A DNA stretch of 52,857 nucleotides. Source: a virus. Lineage: Duplodnaviria > Caudoviricetes. The position numbers and the translations under genes were made by a program. The notes below the pieces were generated by a model that was not told the DNA's origin, ran no database searches, and was given only the letters and a program-made list of their open reading frames with translations. Of the stretch, positions 39,896-48,580 are shown one piece after another; positions within the stretch are counted from its first letter, which is position 1, and each line of letters starts with the position of its first letter. Location: the IMG/VR virus record IMGVR_UViG_3300020220_000072, positions 1-52,857 of that record. One strand, written 5' to 3'.

Positions 39896-40417
39896 ATGTC
39901 AGTTTTAAAAATTGTTCAAAGTGTGAATACATTAGCTGTTACTGGAACAGCTGCAACAACTAATGGAATTACACTTCAAAGTGGTATCTTAAGAGTTTCT
40001 GCTGCCTCTACTGGTTGCCACATAGTAATTGATGGAAATCCAATTGCGACAACAAATAATTTTTATGTAAGCCCTAATCAACCAGAAATGATTAAGGAAA
40101 GAGTTGCAAGACAAAGAATTGGTGCTGCAACTACTGGAACATCAACTTTAATTACTTTTCAAGAAAATGCTGGTAATCCTTTTGTAGTTGGTGATTATGT
40201 AACAATTGAAAATACCAGTGCAGCAGGATTTAATACATCACATAATCAAGTAACTGCTACTACAGATAGTTCAATTACTATTGCATTTAATAGTGCAGCA
40301 ATTACTGGTATTGGTATTACCAATGCAACAGTAGCAAAAAGTGTAAGAATTTCTGCTATTGCTGCAGGCACCGCAACGAATCTTCATGTTTCTGAAGTTC
40401 AAATTGCAGGTGGATAA
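39896..40417 (+). CDS. Hypothetical (probably virion) protein upstream of gp21
   Basis: 173-aa Thr/Ala-rich ORF with a PFVVGDYVTI beta-module; late promoter. Confidence 0.8.
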   Translation: MSVLKIVQSVNTLAVTGTAATTNGITLQSGILRVSAASTGCHIVIDGNPIATTNNFYVSPNQPEMIKERVARQRIGAATTGTSTLITFQENAGNPFVVGDYVTIENTSAAGFNTSHNQVTATTDSSITIAFNSAAITGIGITNATVAKSVRISAIAAGTATNLHVSEVQIAGG

Positions 40418-40420
40418 TTG

Positions 40421-40428
40421 CATAAATA
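40421..40428 (+). promoter_or_regulatory. Late promoter for gp21
   Basis: CATAAATA. Confidence 0.75.
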
Positions 40429-40456
40429 AAACTATGTTGAGCTGGCGGAAAGAGCA

Positions 40457-41110
40457 ATTAAATTAATCACAGAAGAAATTGAAAATGTAGAAGTTATCGT
40501 TGAAAACCGTAACGGTAAAAGATCTTTGTACATTGAAGGTGTTTTTCTTCAAGGAAACATTTGCAACCGTAATGGTAGAATGTATCCAATAAACATCCTT
40601 TCTCGTGAGGTTGGTCGTTACAACGAAAACTTCATTCAAAAAGGACGTGCTTTAGGAGAACTCGGTCATCCAGATGGTCCAACCGTCAATCTTGACCGTG
40701 TTTCTCATAAGATTGTTTCTCTTCGTCAAGAAGGAAACAATTATATTGGTAAAGCAAAGATTCTCGAATCCACCCCAATGGGTAAAATTGCATCTTCACT
40801 TTTAAGTGAGGGTGTAAAACTTGGTGTTTCTTCTCGTGGTGTTGGTTCTCTCAGACAAAGCAATGAAGGTTATAGTATGGTAGGAGAAGATTTTACTCTT
40901 GCCACCGCTGCTGACATTGTTGCTGATCCTTCTGCTCCTGACGCTTTTGTTTCAGGAATTATGGAAGGCAAAGATTGGGTTTGGGATAATGGAGTTTTAC
41001 GTGAAAGAATGGCAGCAAAGACATATAAAAGAATAAATACATTGGTTGATCAAAAAAGGTTAGATGAACAGAAATTAAATCTGTTTGACGACTTTTTAGC
41101 AAATCTTTAA
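40457..41110 (+). CDS. gp21: Prohead core protease gp21; inferred ATT start
   Basis: N-terminus (I/M)KLITEEIENVEV begins at ATT 40457, in frame; NRNGRMYP, ALGELGHP, GVSSRGVGS, DIVADPSAPDAFV. Confidence 0.93.
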   Translation: MKLITEEIENVEVIVENRNGKRSLYIEGVFLQGNICNRNGRMYPINILSREVGRYNENFIQKGRALGELGHPDGPTVNLDRVSHKIVSLRQEGNNYIGKAKILESTPMGKIASSLLSEGVKLGVSSRGVGSLRQSNEGYSMVGEDFTLATAADIVADPSAPDAFVSGIMEGKDWVWDNGVLRERMAAKTYKRINTLVDQKRLDEQKLNLFDDFLANL

Positions 41111-41112
41111 AT

Positions 41113-41120
41113 TATAAATA
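41113..41120 (+). promoter_or_regulatory. Late promoter
   Basis: Exact TATAAATA before gp22. Confidence 0.85.
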
Positions 41121-41156
41121 AATATAGATTTTAATAGGAAAAATCGGAGAGTTCAA

Positions 41157-42212
41157 ATGTCCCGTGGTAAAAATTTACAAGAGATGGAAATAGGCACTGT
41201 TCAATCCAAGTCCGCAGTGAATGCATCGGCAAGTGCGCCAGATCAAATGCAAACTATGGCTGGTGTTAGTTATGAGGACTTAGGTGGTCCTGATCCATCA
41301 AACTACAGACCAGATGACGATTCAGCAAAGTTGAGAGACGCTGGTGGCGGTCTCAAAAAGGTTTCTCTTGTCGCTGCTCAACAAGTAGCAAAAGAAGAGT
41401 ATGAAGAGGTTGAAGAAGAGGATTTTGAAACCGAAGAAGAGTATGAGGAAGAAGTTTTTGAAGAAGAAGCACTTCCCGAAATCAACGACGATGTTGACAT
41501 CGAAGATGATGTCAATGCTCTTCTTGTAGGTGAAGAACTCTCTGAAGGTTTTAAAGATAAAGCAAAAACTATTTTTGAAGCTGCTCTCAAATCAAAAGTT
41601 ATTGAAGTGAGAGAAGCTTTTGAAGCACATTATGAAGCAAAACTTGTTGAGGAAGTAGAAGTCCTCAAAGAAGAATTAGTTGAGAGAGTAGATTCATATC
41701 TTGAGTATGTTGCAGATGAGTGGTTCGCTGAGAACACTCTTGCGATTGAAAAAGGTCTCAAGTCAGAACTCACAGAGTCATTCCTTGAGGGTCTCAAGGG
41801 ACTTTTTGAAGAAAATTATGTATCAATCCCTGAAGATAAGTATGATGTTGTTGAGAATATGGCAGATAAACTTGACGAAATGGAGACAAAACTCAACGAG
41901 CAGATTGAGAAAAACATTTTCCTAAACAAACGTCTCGCAGAGTCGGTTGCAGATGGAATCCTTTTTGATGTTTCTGAGGGTCTTGCGATTACTCAGAAAG
42001 AGAAGCTTGCTTCACTTGCCGAAAGTGTTGAGTTTGAGAGTGAAGAATCTTATAGAGAGAAGCTTGAAGTATTGAGAGAATCATACTTCCAACAAGCTGC
42101 TCCATACAGAAGTGAATCTGAAACACTTAACGAATCAGCACAAACAGGCATAGATTACTCTGATGCTATGAGCGCATACGTTAACGTGCTTTCTAAATCA
42201 GTTCAGAAGTGA
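41157..42212 (+). CDS. gp22: Prohead core scaffold protein gp22
   Basis: Acidic coiled coil; FKDKAKTIFEAA, VDSYLEYVADEW, LRESYF. Confidence 0.95.
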   Translation: MSRGKNLQEMEIGTVQSKSAVNASASAPDQMQTMAGVSYEDLGGPDPSNYRPDDDSAKLRDAGGGLKKVSLVAAQQVAKEEYEEVEEEDFETEEEYEEEVFEEEALPEINDDVDIEDDVNALLVGEELSEGFKDKAKTIFEAALKSKVIEVREAFEAHYEAKLVEEVEVLKEELVERVDSYLEYVADEWFAENTLAIEKGLKSELTESFLEGLKGLFEENYVSIPEDKYDVVENMADKLDEMETKLNEQIEKNIFLNKRLAESVADGILFDVSEGLAITQKEKLASLAESVEFESEESYREKLEVLRESYFQQAAPYRSESETLNESAQTGIDYSDAMSAYVNVLSKSVQK

Positions 42213-42262
42213 TTTTAATATTATAAATTGTAAAACCAAAACACAACAAGAGGTAAACGCAA

Positions 42263-43663
42263 ATGTTCAACGCAGAACATCTGCAGGAAAAGTGGGCACC
42301 ACTCTTAGACCATAATGGTCTGGATCACATCAAAGATTCCCATCGTAGAGCCGTAACCGCTGTCCTGTTAGAGAACCAAGAAAGATTCCTCCGTGAGGAA
42401 AGATCATTCCTTTCGGAAGCTCCAACTGTCAATACAAATACTGGAGCAAATGCTGGTTTCAGTGCTAATGCAACTGCAACTGGTCCTGTAGCTGGTTTTG
42501 ATCCAGTTCTGATCTCTCTGATCAGACGTTCAATGCCTAATCTGGTTGCTTATGATCTGGCTGGTGTTCAACCAATGAACGCACCTACTGGTCTGATCTT
42601 TGCAATGCGTTCACGCTATAATAATCAGTCTGGAACTGAATCATTCTTCAACGAAGTTGATACTGCATTCTCTGGTATTGGTACTACCAACGGAGCAATG
42701 GGTTCAACCACTCCTGGAATGGTTAATGCTGCGGTTGGTCTCGGTACTACTGGTCAAGGTGGAAGCAATCCTGGACTTCTGAATCCTTCAACAACTGCTA
42801 CCCAAGCTGCTTACAGCGTTGGTGAAGGCATGAGAACGGATGATGCAGAGAATCTGGGTGCTCCTGGTGGTCAGGCATTCAACGAGATGGCATTCTCAAT
42901 CGAGAAAGTCACCGTTACTGCAAAGTCAAGAGCTCTGAAAGCTGAATACTCGTTGGAACTCGCACAAGACCTGAAAGCAATTCATGGTCTGAATGCTGAG
43001 GCAGAACTGGCGAACATTCTCTCGACTGAGATTTTGGCTGAGATCAACCGTGAAGTTATCAGAACCATCTATAAGGTTGCTGAAACTGGTGCTCAAGTCA
43101 ACACCCAAACCGCTGGTACTTTCAACCTTGACGTTGACTCCAACGGTCGTTGGTCGGTTGAGAAGTTCAAGGGTCTGCTCTTCCAAATTGAGCGTGATGC
43201 AAACGCAATTGCACAAAGAACTCGTAGAGGAAAGGGTAACATCATCCTGTGTTCTGCTGACGTTGCTTCAGCACTGACCATGGCTGGTGTTCTCGATTAC
43301 ACCCCTGCACTCAATGCTAACCTGAACGTTGATGATACTGGCAACACCTTTGCTGGTGTTATCAATGGTAAGTATAGAGTCTACATTGATCCTTATTCGG
43401 CAAACGTTGCTGCTACCCAGTACTACGTTATCGGTTATAAGGGCACCTCACCTTATGATGCAGGTCTATTCTATTGCCCATACGTTCCTCTCCAAATGGT
43501 TCGTGCCGTTGGTCAGGACACCTTCCAGCCCAAGATTGGCTTCAAGACCCGTTACGGAATGGTTGAGAATCCATTCTCGCAGGGTACTACACAAGGTTCG
43601 GGTACACTCACTGTTAATAGCAACCGCTACTACAGAAGAGTATCTGTCACCAACCTTATGTGA
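42263..43663 (+). CDS. gp23: Major capsid protein gp23
   Basis: EKWAPLL, GVQPMNAPTGLIFAMR, KSRALKAEYSLELAQDLKAIHG, FQPKIGFKTRYG; SD GAGGT. Confidence 0.99.
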   Translation: MFNAEHLQEKWAPLLDHNGLDHIKDSHRRAVTAVLLENQERFLREERSFLSEAPTVNTNTGANAGFSANATATGPVAGFDPVLISLIRRSMPNLVAYDLAGVQPMNAPTGLIFAMRSRYNNQSGTESFFNEVDTAFSGIGTTNGAMGSTTPGMVNAAVGLGTTGQGGSNPGLLNPSTTATQAAYSVGEGMRTDDAENLGAPGGQAFNEMAFSIEKVTVTAKSRALKAEYSLELAQDLKAIHGLNAEAELANILSTEILAEINREVIRTIYKVAETGAQVNTQTAGTFNLDVDSNGRWSVEKFKGLLFQIERDANAIAQRTRRGKGNIILCSADVASALTMAGVLDYTPALNANLNVDDTGNTFAGVINGKYRVYIDPYSANVAATQYYVIGYKGTSPYDAGLFYCPYVPLQMVRAVGQDTFQPKIGFKTRYGMVENPFSQGTTQGSGTLTVNSNRYYRRVSVTNLM

Positions 43664-43684
43664 TCTAAACTTACAAGATCATAC

Positions 43685-43711
43685 AAAGACCCCTTTGAGG
43701 GGTCTTTTTTT
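43685..43711 (+). terminator. Rho-independent terminator after gp23
   Basis: AAAGACCCCT-TTG-AGGGGTCTTT stem running into a T tract. Confidence 0.92.
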
Positions 43712-43716
43712 ATGTT

Positions 43717-43724
43717 CATAAATA
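43717..43724 (+). promoter_or_regulatory. Late promoter
   Basis: CATAAATA directly after the terminator. Confidence 0.75.
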
Positions 43725-43747
43725 ATAATAGCAAGCTAATTTAGATT

Positions 43748-44347
43748 ATGACTCAAGAACCTCCATTGTCATCACCTCTTTTTAAGCAGGTAACTAATAG
43801 AAATTTATTGTCTCCAATTGCATTTAAGTTTATTTTAACAAAGACTCCTAAAGTAGATTTTTATTGTCAAACAGCAGCAATTCCATCAATCACAATGGGA
43901 ACTGCTCAACAAGGTTCTTGGTTAAAAGATATTCCAGTTCCAGGGGATAAAGCAGTTTTTGAAGACTTATCTCTTCGTTTTTTAATTGATGAAGAAATGG
44001 AAAATTATGTTCAGATTTATAATTGGTTGATTGGTCTTGCTTATCCAGAAAGCATGGAACAATTTGCAAATCTAAGAGAATTGGATCCAATTAAATATCC
44101 AAGAGATGACAGAAATAGATTTGCTGAATACTCAGATGGAACTTTGCAAATTTTAAATAGCAATTTAAACGTAGTCAGACAAATAAAGTTCAAAGATCTT
44201 TTTCCAATTTCACTTTCAACATTAGACTTTGATTGCACTGCTAGAGATTATACGTATTTTACAGCTAATGTAAGTTTTAAATATACAAATTATGAAATAC
44301 AAGATAGTAAAGGGATTAGAATAGAAAATCGTCCATCAAGACCATAA
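43748..44347 (+). CDS. gp3: Tail tube terminator/completion protein gp3
   Basis: NRNLLSPIAFKF, PGDKAVFEDLSLRFLIDEEMENY, FKDLFPISLS; position after gp23. Confidence 0.88.
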   Translation: MTQEPPLSSPLFKQVTNRNLLSPIAFKFILTKTPKVDFYCQTAAIPSITMGTAQQGSWLKDIPVPGDKAVFEDLSLRFLIDEEMENYVQIYNWLIGLAYPESMEQFANLRELDPIKYPRDDRNRFAEYSDGTLQILNSNLNVVRQIKFKDLFPISLSTLDFDCTARDYTYFTANVSFKYTNYEIQDSKGIRIENRPSRP

Positions 44348-44363
44348 CTTATCTTAAATTATT

Positions 44364-44798
44364 ATGAATTTAGAAATGATACAAAGTATGTGGGAAAAAG
44401 ATTCTCACATAGATGTTGATGACATGCATCTTGAATCTTTAAATACACCAAAACTTCATGCAAAATATTATGACATTTTAAATAATTTGATTCTTTTAAG
44501 AGCAAAAGCAAAACAGCAAGAAAAAAACATTCGTCACGAAAGATATGAGTATTTTACTGGAAAAGCAGATCCTAATGTTTATGTGGAAAATCCATTCCCT
44601 AAAAAAATACGTGATAAAGAAACTCTTCAAAAATACTTAGATGCCGATGAAAAACTCTCAGAGGCATGTCTAAAATTAGAGTATTATGATGTAATGATTA
44701 ATTACGTAGAGAGTATTATAAAACAAATCTTTAACAGAACTTATCAAATTAAAAATAGCATTGAATGGCATAGATTTCAGGCAGGAATGACTACATGA
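44364..44798 (+). CDS. uvsY: Recombination mediator UvsY
   Basis: ESLNTPKLHAKY, RTYQIKNSIEW.RFQAG. Confidence 0.92.
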   Translation: MNLEMIQSMWEKDSHIDVDDMHLESLNTPKLHAKYYDILNNLILLRAKAKQQEKNIRHERYEYFTGKADPNVYVENPFPKKIRDKETLQKYLDADEKLSEACLKLEYYDVMINYVESIIKQIFNRTYQIKNSIEWHRFQAGMTT

Positions 44799-46258
44799 CA
44801 AATTTGATTATCAAGAAGAAAAACGAAGTATTTTTAACAATTGAATCAGAACCTCATGTTTACTATGAACTTTCAGATTATTTTACATTTGATGTTCCTG
44901 GTGCAAAGTTTATGCCTCAATATAGAGGTAAATACTGGGATGGAAAAATACGTCTTTTTGATCTTCGATTAAATCAAATCTATGTTGGTTTATTGGATAA
45001 AGTTATTTCTTTTTGCAAAAACCACGACTATTCATACGAGTTTGAAAATAATAAATTTTATGGTCTTCCATTTGAAGTGAATGATAACATTTCGTTAGAA
45101 GGGATTAAAGATTATGTAAAATCTATTAGTACACATCTTCCAAGAGATTATCAAATTCAAGGTGTTTACGATGCATTAAAACATAATAGGAAACTTTTAA
45201 TTTCACCAACGGCATCTGGTAAATCGTTAATGATTTATTCTATTGTAAGATATTTTGTTTCTCAGCAAAAAAAGATTTTAATTGTGGTTCCAACCACATC
45301 ACTGGTGGAGCAAATGTATAAAGACTTTCAAGATTACGGATGGGATGCTGAAAATTATTGTCATAAAATTTATCAAGGAAAAGAAAAAAGTACGGAAAGT
45401 TTTGTAGTAATTACAACTTGGCAATCAATCTACAAACTAAGTAAATCATTTTTTGAAGATTTTGATGTAGTAATTGGAGACGAGGCTCATTTATTTAAAT
45501 CAAAGTCACTAATCACAATTATGTCTCATTTGCATAATACAAAGTATCGTTTTGGATTTACTGGTACATTGGATGGAACTCAAACTCATAAATGGGTATT
45601 AGAAGGATTATTTGGTCCATCTTATAAAATAATTAGAACTGATGAGTTAATTGAAAAGGGTTATCTTTCAAAATTTAACATCAAAGTTTTAACTCTTAAA
45701 CATCCTTTTAAAAGATTTGAATCTTATGAAGATGAAATCCAATATTTAATCAGTCATGAAAAAAGAAATAATTTTATTAAAAATTTAACTCTAAATCTTA
45801 AAGGAAACACTTTAGTTTTGTATAGCAGAGTCGAAAGTCATGGACAAATACTTTATGATTTAATAAATAAGGATAAGAATGAAAACAGAAAATGTTTTTT
45901 CATTCATGGTTCTGTAGATGTGAAAGAAAGAGAATTAGTTAGAGAAATTACTGAGAGAGAAACAGATGCAATCATTGTGGCTTCCTACGGTACTTTTTCC
46001 ACTGGCATTAATATTCGAAATCTTCATAATGTTATTTTTGCTTCACCGAGTAAATCAAGAATTCGAAATCTCCAATCAATCGGAAGAGTGCTTAGAAAAG
46101 GAGAAGGTAAAATAAAAGCAACACTTTATGATATTGCCGATGATGTATCAAAAAATTCTCAACGAAATTATACACTCAATCATTTAATTGAAAGAATTAA
46201 AATCTACAACGAAGAAAATTTTAACTATGAGATTATAACAATCAACTTAAAACAATGA
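44795..46258 (+). CDS. uvsW: SF2 helicase UvsW
   Basis: SPTASGKS, DEAH, GFTGT, LQSIGRVLR. Confidence 0.97.
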   Translation: MTNLIIKKKNEVFLTIESEPHVYYELSDYFTFDVPGAKFMPQYRGKYWDGKIRLFDLRLNQIYVGLLDKVISFCKNHDYSYEFENNKFYGLPFEVNDNISLEGIKDYVKSISTHLPRDYQIQGVYDALKHNRKLLISPTASGKSLMIYSIVRYFVSQQKKILIVVPTTSLVEQMYKDFQDYGWDAENYCHKIYQGKEKSTESFVVITTWQSIYKLSKSFFEDFDVVIGDEAHLFKSKSLITIMSHLHNTKYRFGFTGTLDGTQTHKWVLEGLFGPSYKIIRTDELIEKGYLSKFNIKVLTLKHPFKRFESYEDEIQYLISHEKRNNFIKNLTLNLKGNTLVLYSRVESHGQILYDLINKDKNENRKCFFIHGSVDVKERELVREITERETDAIIVASYGTFSTGINIRNLHNVIFASPSKSRIRNLQSIGRVLRKGEGKIKATLYDIADDVSKNSQRNYTLNHLIERIKIYNEENFNYEIITINLKQ

Positions 46259-46650
46259 ACGAAGACTTTCTAGCAATTTTAAAATTAGTATCTGGTGAAG
46301 AAGTTCTTTCAATAGTAAATTACATTGATGATGAGAAACTTCTCATCTTAGATTGTCCTGTTTTAATGAACTCTAATGATCATGAACAAATGGGAATAAA
46401 TGTTGTTAGAGTAGAACCTTGGATAAAAACAGGAAATGAATCTTTATACATGATGTCAATGGATAAAATTATTACCATTAGTGAAGTTACAGACTCTAAA
46501 ATTATGAAAATTTATAATAAATTTATAAGTTGTTATTTTTACAAAAAAAATACTGATTACATTGACAACTCCAAACTAACAAAAGATCAAGGGTACATCA
46601 GTACAGTTGAAGAAGCAAGAGCTACTCTAGAGAAACTCTATAATAGTTAG
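46255..46650 (+). CDS. Hypothetical protein, Sm-like fold
   Basis: LKLVSGEEVL N-terminal motif; usual position between uvsW and gp55. Confidence 0.75.
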   Translation: MNEDFLAILKLVSGEEVLSIVNYIDDEKLLILDCPVLMNSNDHEQMGINVVRVEPWIKTGNESLYMMSMDKIITISEVTDSKIMKIYNKFISCYFYKKNTDYIDNSKLTKDQGYISTVEEARATLEKLYNS

Positions 46651-46680
46651 TATATATTATTCATCAACCTCCACAGAGTT

Positions 46681-46709
46681 ATTATAACAAGAATTGATAC
46701 TCTTGTCAA
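46681..46709 (-). promoter_or_regulatory. Consensus sigma70 promoter, antisense orientation
   Basis: Minus strand reads TTGACA-17 nt-TATAAT with a TG extended -10. Confidence 0.8.
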
Positions 46710-46711
46710 GT

Positions 46712-46740
46712 TTGTCAAAATCATTATTTTATGTTATCAT
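46712..46740 (+). promoter_or_regulatory. sigma70-type promoter for gp55
   Basis: TTGTCA-17 nt-TATCAT with a TG extended -10. Confidence 0.7.
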
Positions 46741-46764
46741 TTTGATAACGAAATATAAGTAAAA

Positions 46765-47262
46765 ATGTCAAAAGTATTTTTGCCGATGCCAAAGAAGAAA
46801 AAACCAGAGCATTATGTCAATAACAGCGACTTTCTTCAGGCAATTATTGTCTATAAAAGAGAAGTTGCTCAAGCAGAACAGTTAGGTCTTCCAAAACCTT
46901 TACTTACTAATTACATTGGTGAGTGTTTTTATAAGATGGCAAATCACCTTGCCTATAAACCAAATTTTGTAAATTACATGTTTAAAGACGACATGATTGG
47001 TGATGGAATTGAAAATTGCGTTCAATGTGTCACAAATTTTAATCCAGAGAAATCTACAAATCCTTTTGCTTATTTTACTCAAGTTATTTACTATGCGTTT
47101 CTTCGTAGAATACAAAAGGAGAAGAAGCAATTAGAAATTAAATCTAAAATTATAGAAAGATCGGGATATGATGAGGTTTTTTCTGTAGATGACTTGACAT
47201 CTGGTATGGGTGGAGATTATAATACTATAAAGGATAATGTTCATAACAGACTAAACCGTTAA
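46765..47262 (+). CDS. gp55: Late-transcription sigma factor gp55 (start may be 46786)
   Basis: HYVNN, YIGECF, NFVNYMFKDDMIGDGIENC, NPFAYFTQ..YAFLRRI. Confidence 0.96.
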   Translation: MSKVFLPMPKKKKPEHYVNNSDFLQAIIVYKREVAQAEQLGLPKPLLTNYIGECFYKMANHLAYKPNFVNYMFKDDMIGDGIENCVQCVTNFNPEKSTNPFAYFTQVIYYAFLRRIQKEKKQLEIKSKIIERSGYDEVFSVDDLTSGMGGDYNTIKDNVHNRLNR

Positions 47263-48302
47263 TGAAAGTCGCAATTATTACCGACCAGCATTTTGGAGCA
47301 AGAAAAAATTCTAAAGTGTTTCATGATTATTTTTTACAGTTTTATAATGATGTCTTTTTCCCAACATTAGAAAAAGAAAATATTAATACAGTGATTGACA
47401 TGGGAGATACCTTTGATAGTCGCAAAGGTATTGATTTCTCGGCACTTTCGTGGGCAAAAAATAATTATTACGATAGACTCCAAAAAATGGGAGTTAAAGT
47501 TCATACAATTGTTGGCAATCATACAGCGTATTATAAAAATACAAACGAAGTAAATGCGGTAGATTTATTACTTCGGGAATATAAAAATGTTACTGTGTAT
47601 TCAGATCCTAAAGAAATTGAATTAGATAATCTTAAGGTTCTTTTAATACCGTGGATTAATGCGTCTAATGAACAAAAAACTTTTCGCAAAATTAAAAATA
47701 CCACTGCTTTGGTTGCGATGGGTCATTTGGAACTAAACGGATTCTATGCTCATCGGGGACATGTCATGGATTGTGGAATGGAAACACAAATCTATGATAA
47801 ATTTGAAAAAGTTTTTTCTGGTCATTATCACACACGATCAAGTAATGGTAAAATTTTTTATCTTGGAAATCCTTATGAAATTTATTGGAACGATTTAAAT
47901 GATAAAAGAGGATTTCATCTCTTTGACACAGAAACGTTAGATCATCTTCCAATTAATAATCCTCACAGAATGTTTTATAGTCTTTATTATGAAGATACTC
48001 CGCATCAAACATTTAATAGTTCACCTTTTGAAGGCAAAATTGTAAAAATAGTTGTTAGAAAAAAAACCGATTCAAAACAATTTGAAAAATTTGTTGATAA
48101 ACTTTTTGAATCTAACGTTCAAGATTTAAAAATTGTTGAAACAATGGAACTTCCATCGGATGATAAATTTGAAGCAGAAGAGTGTGAAGATACTCTTTCA
48201 ATTTTAAATCGTTATGTAAATGAGTCAGAAACTCAAATGGATAAATCTAAAATTGTAAATCTTCTTCAAACTATATACAAAGAGGCTTGTGAAATGGTAT
48301 AA
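47262..48302 (+). CDS. gp47: Recombination endonuclease subunit gp47 (Mre11/SbcD-like)
   Basis: TDQHFG, GDTFD, VGNH, GHYH phosphoesterase motifs. Confidence 0.96.
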   Translation: MKVAIITDQHFGARKNSKVFHDYFLQFYNDVFFPTLEKENINTVIDMGDTFDSRKGIDFSALSWAKNNYYDRLQKMGVKVHTIVGNHTAYYKNTNEVNAVDLLLREYKNVTVYSDPKEIELDNLKVLLIPWINASNEQKTFRKIKNTTALVAMGHLELNGFYAHRGHVMDCGMETQIYDKFEKVFSGHYHTRSSNGKIFYLGNPYEIYWNDLNDKRGFHLFDTETLDHLPINNPHRMFYSLYYEDTPHQTFNSSPFEGKIVKIVVRKKTDSKQFEKFVDKLFESNVQDLKIVETMELPSDDKFEAEECEDTLSILNRYVNESETQMDKSKIVNLLQTIYKEACEMV

Positions 48303-48571
48303 TGTTCATCTTAACAGTAAAAGGAATGGAAGATGATGGTGCCTATGCTTTAGAAGCACGAGATGGTGAAAAAATGTTACTTTTGTTTGAAGAGGAAGAT
48401 GATGCTGAAAGGTATGCATTGTTGCTCGAAGAAGAAGATGAAGAGTATCCAGAAATGAGAGTTATTGAAGTAGACGATAAAATTGCAATTAAAACTTGCG
48501 AGATGTATAATTATGACTATAGTGTAATTACCCCAGAAGACATAATAATTCCACCCAGAAAAAGAATGTGA
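48302..48571 (+). CDS. Acidic protein, DUF3110-like
   Basis: LLFEEEDDAERYALLLE resembles the cyanobacterial DUF3110 core as I recall it. Confidence 0.65.
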   Translation: MFILTVKGMEDDGAYALEARDGEKMLLLFEEEDDAERYALLLEEEDEEYPEMRVIEVDDKIAIKTCEMYNYDYSVITPEDIIIPPRKRM

Positions 48572-48580
48572 GGTAAATTT

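Noticed and set aside
40526-41110. ORF-track start of gp21 at TTG 40526
   Set aside because: It would remove the conserved KLITEE N-terminal segment, which is in frame from 40457
41390-41520. GAA-rich low-complexity tract
   Set aside because: Ordinary Glu-rich region of scaffold gp22
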